From positions 39,489-103,488 of the forward strand of contig JAHFJA010000002.1 of assembly GCA_023246095.1 (NCBI GenBank): 64,000 bases of DNA. The letters run 5' to 3'. How positions within the stretch are numbered: the stretch's first letter is position 1; every line of letters begins with the position of its first letter. Position numbers and translations under genes: made by a program. Below the pieces are notes generated by a model that was given only the letters and a program-made list of their open reading frames with translations, was not told where the DNA came from and searched no databases. Of this stretch, positions 1 through 9,119 are shown piece after piece. The DNA comes from a bacterium. GTDB lineage: Bacteria; Patescibacteriota; Patescibacteriia; JACQRZ01.

Positions 1-33
1 ACCAGAGGGGTGAATTTTTTTAGGAAAAATTTA

Positions 34-426
34 TTACATCGCCACCCGATCTTCTATCCCTTTATCTGCCGCCATATCCATCAATACCTCTTGCTGTTCC
101 GCACTTAGGTTCCTAAAAAAACCGGCCTCTTTAAACGCTTCCTTTGTACTAAACCCCGAAGTACTCGCATCATAACTCCTTTTAACACTGTCAATCACCT
201 TCAAAGCGATGTCTCGCTGTGTTTCGGTGGTAAACAATTTTTGAAACTTCTCGTCGTGTTCCGATTCTGCATCACTTATTTCTATAGTAATATCAGGCTC
301 AACTTCAATATTGAGAGGTGGTTCCTCGTCATCAACAGTAATATCGATGTGCTCTGGTTTCTTTGGCTCTTCCGGCTCGTCATCCAGGGTGATCTCAATG
401 TGTGGTAATCGTTCAAAGCCAGCCAT
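34..426 (-). CDS. acidic hypothetical protein
   Basis: 130-aa ORF directly downstream of the 1358-aa gene; repeated (H/N/D)IxI(T/E) acidic units (HIEITLDDEPE, HIDITVDDEEP). Confidence 0.75.
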   Translation of the reverse strand: MAGFERLPHIEITLDDEPEEPKKPEHIDITVDDEEPPLNIEVEPDITIEISDAESEHDEKFQKLFTTETQRDIALKVIDSVKRSYDASTSGFSTKEAFKEAGFFRNLSAEQQEVLMDMAADKGIEDRVAM

Positions 427-451
427 AACTCTGTTGGTTAATTATTATCTC

Positions 452-3400
452 CTACTTCGATACTGCTTGCGTCTCAGCTAAAATCTTTTGTGCCCACTCC
501 TCGGATAATAACTCTCGGCTGTGGTTTTCCATGAATGCCTTAAAGAAGACGACACCAGGGTTGGACATATCGTTTGGATTCTTAGCGTGACGTAATGCGG
601 CGATATAATCATCAAGACGCTTTTCCATATTACCCGACAAGTACCCTACTTTATTTCCATAGTACTCATGAAATAGCGTTTCAGATCCTTTTTGTCGAAG
701 AAGCCCATATAACCCATCTTTATCAGACGTACCCCAATGATGAGAAATCACGTTCTCATAAATAGGTGCATAGAGCGTGTCAGGTTGAACATCTACCTGA
801 TACCCCAAAGCATGGCCTGAGTCGCCCGCAAAATACATATTTGTTGGGGCTCCATGATCGACATTAAAATACAACACATCACCACCATGGATCTTTAATT
901 CCCCCGCGCCCGTACCAAAAAAGGTCTCAGCCTTACTTATTAGGTCTTTATTATCATCAACTAGTTTCGGAGCGTACTTGTGAATATACTCCCCAAGAGA
1001 AAGCTCTCCAAGATCATGTGGCACTCTCAATTCATGAATCCCTGAATTTTCTAAAATAGAAGGGTTTCTATCAATTAATTTCAAAACATTTTCAGCATCC
1101 GTACCCAATTCAGTTCCTTTCCATGAAGCTATGTTGCGCAATTCTGATAATTCTTTCGCTGAAGCAAGAGTGTGTTTCGTATTTATTTCACCCCTTATAT
1201 TCTCAAGCCGTTCCTGCCAATTGACTGCGTATTTTGCATACTCTGCTTGTGTGTGACCTATTTTTTCAAGCACTGCAGTAGGCTGGTCTGTAACCCATGC
1301 TTCCCTTGCAACATCAGCAATCTTACCGACACCATAATGCGCTGCCGCACCGGCACCGAGCGCAAAAGCCGTACCCCATCCAGCCGCTTTCAATCGATCC
1401 CATTTAAATTCTTTAAGCTTTTTATCTGCACTCTCTTCCAAAGTCTTTTTATAATCAAGAATTGCTTGAGTTCTAGGGTCCAGTTCTGCGCTTTCCCCTT
1501 CACTCTCTTCTTCATTGAGTACAATCTGAGGAGTAGTCTCAACAGGTGCCTGTATCACCTCGTCGCCAGCTTTAGGTGCCTCAGCTTGAGGTACAAATGA
1601 TTCTTTTTTTAACTCCAACAACCTAAGAAAGATTTCTTCGTACGCGGGTGGCATATCGAGAGCCATCGTCTCTTTTGTTTTAAATCCTTGCGTTATCATC
1701 GCTGCCTGCATATCTGAAAGACACCGCTCTGCCTGACCGACATCGGTAATCCCTTGAATTGTGTCGCGCATTTCCTTTGTTAATTGTGTTTCTTTAAATG
1801 GATCAACACCGAGAAGGCGAACAACACTACTCGATTCAAATTTCTTTCCTCCCGCACGCTCACCCGCCAATGTAGCTGTTGACCAGCTTGCTAAACCTCT
1901 ATAGGCAGCAAACGAACCCCATCCACCGGCGGCGGCACCCGCCGCAGCACCAGCGATACCACCTACACCGGCCATCAGAAGTGCTCTCACACTTGCTTGG
2001 CGTGCAAGGAAACGAAGCGCCCATTCTTTCTTATTTTTTGGTTCTCCCTGAAAACTCCCTTTGCCCTTAAAGTAATTCTCAAGGTTCATATCACCCAACG
2101 CTTTCCAGCCGGCCGCTAGTCTTCCCCATTTTCCTTCCTTGTCCGCACGAACGTCGATTTCTTGGCTCTGTTCATTCATCATGTTTACTAATTCAACACT
2201 CAAATAGGCTGCTCGTTGAGTCTCAAAGTCTGTCTTCGCTTTCTCAAATATTCCCTGTGCTTTCAACAATTCCTCCTCTATCTCTGCTCGCTTTGTTTGT
2301 TTGGCCGCATTGTCAAAAAGCCCAAGAAAACGTTTCGCTTTTTGCAACTCGTCAGATTGTTCTTTAACTTTAGAAAAGTTTGCCTGTGCATCACGATATT
2401 TATTCTTTGCAAGAAAATAGGCATCTTTAAGAGCAGATTCTGGCGTTCTTTCTCCTACAACCTCACCTGTACCCTCTGGTTGTCCCCCGGGTGTTTCTGG
2501 ATTTGTACTTGGTGGCGTCCCTTCGTTATTATTGGTGTTCGCTAGCTCTTGCGTTGCATCTTGTTTTACGACAGATCCATCTACCGGAGTAACGTCAGCG
2601 CTTTTCACCACAGGTTCACCTGTTTTCACTGGCTCTGCCGTCACGACACTGGTCGTTTTTTCAACCTTTGCCGGCTCGACAAGTTGAGGTCTCCGAGCAT
2701 CTGTTGCCATTTTACTCTTACTTAATGGCTGCGGTGATGTTCCTCTCCTACCACTTTTACTGATGGAATACACAATAACATTACCGTTCTCATCAATGCT
2801 GTCGATAACGAAACTCGCATAAATCATCTTAGGGGTCCTAGATGTCGGAAACTCAATTATGTCTCCTTTTTTCCAAACAGGCTCACCTTTTTCTGGTTCT
2901 GGGGTATTCACCTGCTCTGGTTTTGGTATATCAATAACCTTATTGGGATCACCTGTCACGTCTAAGATCGCATTATTTTGATTCCCTACGCCGTCTCTTG
3001 CTTCTGTAAGCGCCTGACTAAAAACTGTTTTCTCCTTATTACTCAATTTTTGAAATGAATCAAATGAATCGAGATATTTATCTACGTCAAAAGCAACCGC
3101 CTCTGGATGTCTTTTCGACTGTTCATATAGAAGTCTCAAAGAAGGAAGAACCTCTGCTAATACCGCTTGTACATTTCCACCCACCAAGTCTTTAATACCT
3201 TCTTGTTTCAATTGTTGAGTTAATTCATTCTTAAAATCCTCTGTAGCAATATCACTATTGTAGGATGCATTGGCCACGAGAAAATCATTTACATTAAAAA
3301 ATTTATTTTCCGCGACGGCTTCCTGATAGGCCTTCTTTGAGAGAGTAAGAAGATTCTTCATTAATTCTCCTTGCCCGGGGATAAAGTCTTTTCCTTGATC

Positions 3401-4528
3401 TAAAATAGGTTCTTTGGGGACATTTTTGGCGTCAGTATCCCGTGTTTGTAGTTTTTCCTTTTCTAGTATTTCCGATACAGCCTTTTTTATACCCATAACC
3501 TCTGGAATTTGATCCAGTGCCGAAACATTATTTCGAGCGGCCTCAATCGCGCTTTTGAGATCTGAAGAACTTACATTATCGACATTTTTAATGTCTGTCC
3601 TTTCCATTTCGTCGATAATGTTCAAAAGGTCGCCAGTCGTTCTTGCACCATTAAACGCTTCTTCGAATAGTATCTTTTTCTCATCTTCCGTACCGTATTT
3701 TTTTATCAACTCACGATGAACAATGTAATCCTGAAACACACCTTTCTCTTTCCCCAACCATTTTTTAGTTCCTTCGCTTATTTGTACATTGTTGCGAATC
3801 CCTTTTTCGTTTCCTGTTGCAATAAAATCAAGATTCTCAACGATATTGGCTCGAAGATCTTTAGTTAGATCCTTAGTGTCAAGATAGTTGGGGATGTCAT
3901 ATTCATAACCCCCGACTTTTGCCTTCACACGGCACCTTATAACCACATCCTTTTTAATCTCACCTGCTTCGGCAGCTTGTTTAAGATTATCTACCACCTC
4001 CTGGTCAATCGCAAGCGAAAAACCGCCCCTTTTATTGAGCTCTTGGGTAAATTGATTAGATATATTTTCCGCTTCCCCTATTTCATTTTTAGAGTTCTTT
4101 TTGAGCGCTTCCGGTAGATTAAGTCCAAGACTGTCTGCATTTACGTCTACATCTTTCAATATCACGTTGCCGTCTTTTTCTATTTTTTTCTTTTTTGTCT
4201 TATGAAGATAGTAGTCACCACTTTTTTCATCTTGGTCAAACTTATACTTGAAGAAAGTGTTTTGTTCCTCTTGCTGTTCATTTTTTGGTGTGGCCTCCTT
4301 ATCTACCTTTTTAGACCGCTCAATACCAAGCTTTTCTGCAATACGATTCTTCATATCGTCATCCAATTCATCGCTATCTTCTACACTCATATCAAAAATA
4401 TACTTGTGCGGGTTCGCTTCTCCTGTAGGGGCTAAAGAAAGAGCGTCATTTACCTCTTGAACGCGCGTTTCAATCTCCGCTTCTCTCTCACGGGAAATTT
4501 GTTCTGGGGTTTTTGGTGCTTCTGACAT
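452..4528 (-). CDS. large hypothetical protein with coiled coils and Gly/Ala-rich hydrophobic segments (paralog of 5918..8593)
   Basis: 1358-aa ORF; GGIAGAAAGAAAGG and GWGTAFALGAGAAA hydrophobic segments; small beta-barrel-like insert WKKGDIIEF; several collinear similarity blocks with 5918..8593. Confidence 0.85.
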   Translation of the reverse strand: MSEAPKTPEQISREREAEIETRVQEVNDALSLAPTGEANPHKYIFDMSVEDSDELDDDMKNRIAEKLGIERSKKVDKEATPKNEQQEEQNTFFKYKFDQDEKSGDYYLHKTKKKKIEKDGNVILKDVDVNADSLGLNLPEALKKNSKNEIGEAENISNQFTQELNKRGGFSLAIDQEVVDNLKQAAEAGEIKKDVVIRCRVKAKVGGYEYDIPNYLDTKDLTKDLRANIVENLDFIATGNEKGIRNNVQISEGTKKWLGKEKGVFQDYIVHRELIKKYGTEDEKKILFEEAFNGARTTGDLLNIIDEMERTDIKNVDNVSSSDLKSAIEAARNNVSALDQIPEVMGIKKAVSEILEKEKLQTRDTDAKNVPKEPILDQGKDFIPGQGELMKNLLTLSKKAYQEAVAENKFFNVNDFLVANASYNSDIATEDFKNELTQQLKQEGIKDLVGGNVQAVLAEVLPSLRLLYEQSKRHPEAVAFDVDKYLDSFDSFQKLSNKEKTVFSQALTEARDGVGNQNNAILDVTGDPNKVIDIPKPEQVNTPEPEKGEPVWKKGDIIEFPTSRTPKMIYASFVIDSIDENGNVIVYSISKSGRRGTSPQPLSKSKMATDARRPQLVEPAKVEKTTSVVTAEPVKTGEPVVKSADVTPVDGSVVKQDATQELANTNNNEGTPPSTNPETPGGQPEGTGEVVGERTPESALKDAYFLAKNKYRDAQANFSKVKEQSDELQKAKRFLGLFDNAAKQTKRAEIEEELLKAQGIFEKAKTDFETQRAAYLSVELVNMMNEQSQEIDVRADKEGKWGRLAAGWKALGDMNLENYFKGKGSFQGEPKNKKEWALRFLARQASVRALLMAGVGGIAGAAAGAAAGGWGSFAAYRGLASWSTATLAGERAGGKKFESSSVVRLLGVDPFKETQLTKEMRDTIQGITDVGQAERCLSDMQAAMITQGFKTKETMALDMPPAYEEIFLRLLELKKESFVPQAEAPKAGDEVIQAPVETTPQIVLNEEESEGESAELDPRTQAILDYKKTLEESADKKLKEFKWDRLKAAGWGTAFALGAGAAAHYGVGKIADVAREAWVTDQPTAVLEKIGHTQAEYAKYAVNWQERLENIRGEINTKHTLASAKELSELRNIASWKGTELGTDAENVLKLIDRNPSILENSGIHELRVPHDLGELSLGEYIHKYAPKLVDDNKDLISKAETFFGTGAGELKIHGGDVLYFNVDHGAPTNMYFAGDSGHALGYQVDVQPDTLYAPIYENVISHHWGTSDKDGLYGLLRQKGSETLFHEYYGNKVGYLSGNMEKRLDDYIAALRHAKNPNDMSNPGVVFFKAFMENHSRELLSEEWAQKILAETQAVSK

Positions 4529-4633
4529 ACCGATGTTGATAAAGTCATTATAATTGATAATTATACCTTATTTTATAAAGTTTCCTAAATTTCCTTATAA
4601 TTATAGGCCATCCAAATTTAGTCCAGTAAACAC

Positions 4634-4662
4634 TTGACAAAATATGACAAATGTGCTATACT
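4634..4662 (+). promoter_or_regulatory. sigma70 promoter
   Basis: TTGACA-17bp-TATACT with extended TG; SD AGGAGG at 4695-4700 before ATG 4708. Confidence 0.8.
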
Positions 4663-4707
4663 TTTATATAGAAAATCAGATTATTATAAAGAAAAGGAGG
4701 CCTAACC

Positions 4708-5826
4708 ATGGCTAAAGTTACAAAAAAAATCATTGAAACCTTTACAATTGAAGATTTACTTTTTGGGAATCCCTTTCCAAAACGTAAAGATTACAGAGAA
4801 GGATTCCAAAAAGAATCCGGAGAATACAAAATCCATCCAGTGGAGAGGTTCTTGCCAAATATCGGTGTCCCCTATCAATGTATCGTTAAGGTGGTCGAAT
4901 ATCCTAACGGTAAAAAGATTGGTCATGCTGAATTAGGGCCTGACGCAATTGTTAACAAGGATAACATTCGTGACAGTATTCCACCTGTAACCGTTACATT
5001 TGAGCAAGGAAAACACACACTGTTTGCGTATCACCCTGAAACAGGAAAGGCAATTACACCATTCCCTCGCTGGAAGTACTTTTTCAACTCCGAACCTAAA
5101 ATCGGTCAAACCTACACATTAGACTTGATAGATGAAGGGAACAAGTACTACGGAATTCCTACCATGGCAGGCATCCAGGTAAGTGCGACCGGAACAGCAC
5201 TTGCGATTAAGGCTGAGCTTAGTAGAAATTTAATGTTATATGACCTTGAACATGTTATAGATGCCGACGGAACATACCAACATTTTAAAAACATCCTACA
5301 TTTAGAGGATGACTTTACAGCCGAGATCGTTAAACAATCGTTCAATAAACTGTCGAAAAATTGTAACCCCAACAATTTGAAGACATCAGCCACCATGAGA
5401 GCTTTTATGGAAAGAAAAGCTCCCGTACTGCAACTGGCCAGAGCAATGGCTTACACACGTTTAGGTATTGAAAATGATGGCATAAACGTTCTTGTTTCCC
5501 ATTTTGGCAGCACAACTGAAATCATTCAGACGATTCTTAATGGCGAAATCCATAAAGAACCTGACAATACCGAAACAGAACAAACAACACCAGTCTTAAA
5601 AAAAAAGACCACCTTAAATGATAGGCAAGTCAAAGTCCAACAGATCGCTGATGAAATCCGCAAAAATGCAGCATCATTAAAGAACGTAGAAAATCCTTTA
5701 AAAACTGCTTTTGACACATGGATAGCTCAGTCTTCTGAAGATCATGACGCTTTTCTTTATAGACAAGTCGCTAAAGAATTAGGTGACGTCAAGTATTACG
5801 AACACAAAATACCCGTCATCGCCTAA
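4708..5826 (+). CDS. hypothetical protein with degenerate J-like domain
   Basis: 372-aa ORF with own promoter, SD and terminator; KNILHL...IVKQSFNKLSKNCNPNNL...KAPVLQLA resembles DjlA/DnaJ J-domains but NPN replaces HPD. Confidence 0.8.
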   Translation: MAKVTKKIIETFTIEDLLFGNPFPKRKDYREGFQKESGEYKIHPVERFLPNIGVPYQCIVKVVEYPNGKKIGHAELGPDAIVNKDNIRDSIPPVTVTFEQGKHTLFAYHPETGKAITPFPRWKYFFNSEPKIGQTYTLDLIDEGNKYYGIPTMAGIQVSATGTALAIKAELSRNLMLYDLEHVIDADGTYQHFKNILHLEDDFTAEIVKQSFNKLSKNCNPNNLKTSATMRAFMERKAPVLQLARAMAYTRLGIENDGINVLVSHFGSTTEIIQTILNGEIHKEPDNTETEQTTPVLKKKTTLNDRQVKVQQIADEIRKNAASLKNVENPLKTAFDTWIAQSSEDHDAFLYRQVAKELGDVKYYEHKIPVIA

Positions 5827-5829
5827 ACG

Positions 5830-5886
5830 TCCCTATGGACGCTAATGTACATAATCTTACATTAACGTCCTGGGGATTGTTTTTTT
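5830..5886 (+). terminator. long imperfect hairpin plus T-tract
   Basis: tccctatggacgctaatgta...tacattaacgtcctgggga followed by a T-run. Confidence 0.65.
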
Positions 5887-5890
5887 ACCA

Positions 5891-5921
5891 AAAAAATAGG
5901 GGTGTCCTTTGGATCCCCTAT
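5891..5921 (-). terminator. intrinsic terminator of 5918..8593
   Basis: ataggggtgtcc-ttt-ggatcccctat overlapping the stop codon; A-run on + (U-tract on -). Confidence 0.6.
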
Positions 5922-8593
5922 TCCTTCGCCTTCTCTATCGCATCCTTATGATGTCTATGATAAAAGTCTCGGAAAAACACCTCCGCCTCTTCACGAGAAT
6001 CATGATCTTTGGCAACCAATCCTTCCAGTCGGTGGCGTAATGCTACGCGCCCCGCCTCAGGAAGCAAATCGATCTTCTTTTCATAATAATTCAAAAATAT
6101 ATCAGTGAAATCTTTGATGTAATCCATGAACATTTCCTCGCCTCCATCATGGACCATTTTCCAGAGAACATACTCCGGAGTTCCTTCGACAAAGCCTTCA
6201 AACTCGTCAATTTCCAAAAATCCCGCTTCCTTTCCCGATGTATTGGCATACCATATCTGCCCGTTTGCATCCACATATACCCTATCGCCCGCATTGCCCA
6301 ACCGTAACCACTGACGGGGATTTTCAGGTACGACCGTAAAGCCCATCTGCTCATACACCTGACGGAGCGTCATATATACTTTCTGTTCCCCTTCTCCTTG
6401 ATCAGGGAACAGATCACCATGTGCCCAGACAATACGGCGCAATGCACCAAGCAACGTCTCTGCACGTTGAAGCTCAATATATACCATGCCCGCTTTTTCT
6501 ATTCCTCCCTTATCATGCCAGTAATTCCACATATGAAGCGCGCGTTCCCCCATTGCCGTTCCTTGCCAACGACTCAAGGCAAAGACGCGTGATAATTCAT
6601 GCAAGTTCTCGGGAGAAGGTTGATGACTTATATCCTCCAAAAACTTCATGCCGTCAAGTTTGACTGAGGCATATTCTTTCAATGTCTTTCCTTGGCGGAG
6701 CAAACTTTCCACCAGTGCAATGGACGCTTTCTCTCTTCCGAGGCCGTGTGCCACACTAATAGTTCCTTCAGGATTGGTTACCACGCTCACATATTTTTCA
6801 TACAGTTGGGTATACAAATCGCAATATGTCGTGTGATGGCGTTCCATCGAAAGTACCTCCCCTCTTAATCGGGCGTGAAACTCAAGCATGGTCACCATAT
6901 CGCGCATATGAGAAAGATCCACCATCTCATCAAGAGTACGGCGTTGAGAAAACGACATTTCCGGCACTCGACACGCTTCTATACCAAAACTTCCTCTCAA
7001 TCCCTCCCGCAACACACTCAAGTCAGCACTGGCAGCAGCAGCGATACGCACCGCCTGATTAGGATCCCTATCAGTCGCGACACCCAACGGCGCACCCAAC
7101 AATCCGGCAATCGTGGATCCTTCCAATGTAACCATATTCAACAACGTCCGAAATTCGAGTTGCATATCGAGGTTATCCGTCCCATGTCGCAACCATTCTT
7201 CGTATTTCTCATATCGTTCTTCCGAAATCAAATGCCCAATGCGTGTTTGTGAAAACATTGCCTGGCCTTGAAATACCCAAAATGAAAGCGACAAAAATTT
7301 CCGTTGAATCACCACATCGAGATGGATCGCTCCCAACATCGTAGCGATCTGACGTGTCACGACAAATACCGCGTACTCAAGACGTGCCTTATCGTATCGT
7401 TCTTTTGTTTCACGATATAGTTTTACCTGTTTGACGAAATCATCATGTTGGAACTCTTTACGAAATGATCCAAAAATACCTTCAAATGGTTTTAATACCT
7501 TGGCTGCGGCAACAAACGCTTTTTTTGCTTCAATATATTCCGAAGGAGTAGCGGAACGAGTAGCATCATCGATCACCATTGGCAACGCAGGGCGAGAAAC
7601 AACCGATATTCGTGGCCGTGTACGGGGTACTTTCACTACCTCCTGAGGTTTGACTTCGGCAACAGGAGGAAGGATAACAGGGGCAGGTGTCGCTTTTTCA
7701 ACTACTTCCAGTGTCACCGCCTCTAATACCGTTGGTTCGGGTTCTTTGACTGGCACTAATCCTTGTCCGCCTTCTATAGTCAATACGGGTGTATGAGGAA
7801 CTTCCAAAAGCAGTGGTTTCTCTTCCTCTTTGGGTGTTTCGACGGGGGCGGCAACAACAACAAGGGCAATCTCTGTTTCTGGTTCTGACGAGACAAGTAC
7901 CTCTTCGATGACCTTCTTCGCACCATTATGCCCATGCATCGCAACCTTTTGCGCCCTCGCTTCTTCTTTCTGTTCTTCATCACTGCCGAATTTCTTCACT
8001 AACTCATGGGATATGACATCATCAAGAAATTGATCTCTCACCACCTCTCTCCATTTTTTATATGCCTTATTGCTAAAATTCTGATGCGCTACGGCCATTT
8101 GGAAACTCTCTTTCTCCTCTGGACTTTCAAAGGCTTGAACCGACACGTCCACCCGGGAAGGATGAATATACAACTCAGTGGTAGGTGCTCCGTCAATCGA
8201 GTACGAAAAATACACATGATCGGGTGCTTCTTTTTGTAGGTGAAGCTTATAATTATCTCTCTGTCCCAAATCATGTCGAATGCGCTCTGCATATCCTAAT
8301 ACCTCGTCACGAAAATCAGCATCAGAAAATTTTTCCTCCAACGAAGCGGGGATTTTTATATGTGTCTCTGTCGTCTGAGCGGTATGTTCCAAACCACGCT
8401 GTTCTTCGAAATCTTGAAATATACAAAACGCGTTGGCGTCTTTATTCAAGGAATAGCCTAGAAAATGTTTTGTCGTTATAACACTGCCGGAAGCCATTTG
8501 TGGAGCAACGCCTGTCTTTGAAGGGCGGCCACGGCGGCGTTTGAGAGCAATGTCACTTCCGATAGGGGCGGAAAGTGTTGATGTTGATGGCAT
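5918..8593 (-). CDS. large hypothetical protein with N-terminal AT-hook-like motif (paralog of 452..4528)
   Basis: 891-aa ORF; KRRRGRPSK near the N-terminus; collinear similarity to 452..4528. Confidence 0.85.
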   Translation of the reverse strand: MPSTSTLSAPIGSDIALKRRRGRPSKTGVAPQMASGSVITTKHFLGYSLNKDANAFCIFQDFEEQRGLEHTAQTTETHIKIPASLEEKFSDADFRDEVLGYAERIRHDLGQRDNYKLHLQKEAPDHVYFSYSIDGAPTTELYIHPSRVDVSVQAFESPEEKESFQMAVAHQNFSNKAYKKWREVVRDQFLDDVISHELVKKFGSDEEQKEEARAQKVAMHGHNGAKKVIEEVLVSSEPETEIALVVVAAPVETPKEEEKPLLLEVPHTPVLTIEGGQGLVPVKEPEPTVLEAVTLEVVEKATPAPVILPPVAEVKPQEVVKVPRTRPRISVVSRPALPMVIDDATRSATPSEYIEAKKAFVAAAKVLKPFEGIFGSFRKEFQHDDFVKQVKLYRETKERYDKARLEYAVFVVTRQIATMLGAIHLDVVIQRKFLSLSFWVFQGQAMFSQTRIGHLISEERYEKYEEWLRHGTDNLDMQLEFRTLLNMVTLEGSTIAGLLGAPLGVATDRDPNQAVRIAAAASADLSVLREGLRGSFGIEACRVPEMSFSQRRTLDEMVDLSHMRDMVTMLEFHARLRGEVLSMERHHTTYCDLYTQLYEKYVSVVTNPEGTISVAHGLGREKASIALVESLLRQGKTLKEYASVKLDGMKFLEDISHQPSPENLHELSRVFALSRWQGTAMGERALHMWNYWHDKGGIEKAGMVYIELQRAETLLGALRRIVWAHGDLFPDQGEGEQKVYMTLRQVYEQMGFTVVPENPRQWLRLGNAGDRVYVDANGQIWYANTSGKEAGFLEIDEFEGFVEGTPEYVLWKMVHDGGEEMFMDYIKDFTDIFLNYYEKKIDLLPEAGRVALRHRLEGLVAKDHDSREEAEVFFRDFYHRHHKDAIEKAKE

Positions 8594-8613
8594 GGGACAA
8601 GCAAATCAAAAAA

Positions 8614-8931
8614 CTATGGGGCGATCTCTTGGGCTTTTTCTATAAGATCTCTTTTTACTGCGATAAGTTCCTGTTTATATATATCATCCAACGAAGAAAC
8701 AGCATTTCGTAAATACGTTCCTACTTCTTCACCTTGTACACCGTCTTTCTCAATCAACGTATTGAGTTCATCGCGCTGTCCGTCATTGAGCATTTCGATA
8801 ATTCGCGCCATCGCCCGCTTTTGTACCAGTGTCGCCGCATCGTTGAGTAGTTGTAATTTTTGATCATCTGACAACGACTCTAAACCAAGTGCGACAACGA
8901 GGTTTACGTTAAGAATTTCTTGGTCAGTCAT
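8614..8931 (-). CDS. DUF5663-like small helical CPR protein
   Basis: LGLESLSDDQKLQLL...RIIEMLNDGQRDEL pattern; likely start is ATG 8931 (MTDQEIL). Confidence 0.75.
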   Translation of the reverse strand: MTDQEILNVNLVVALGLESLSDDQKLQLLNDAATLVQKRAMARIIEMLNDGQRDELNTLIEKDGVQGEEVGTYLRNAVSSLDDIYKQELIAVKRDLIEKAQEIAP

Positions 8932-9049
8932 ACGTAGAAGAAGAATGAATATATCCAAAGTATATCAGTACCTAAAAAAAATACCAACATTCTTTTGGAT
9001 AAAAGAATTGGACCACCCGATGACATCTCTCGTTCACGTCTCCAAACTG

Positions 9050-9078
9050 TTGACGCCGAGAACTTTTTGATGTATAGT
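9050..9078 (+). promoter_or_regulatory. sigma70 promoter of infB operon
   Basis: TTGACG-17bp-TATAGT. Confidence 0.7.
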
Positions 9079-9119
9079 TCCCGCATATCGCATCATCGAA
9101 AATGATGCCCACTCACCCT

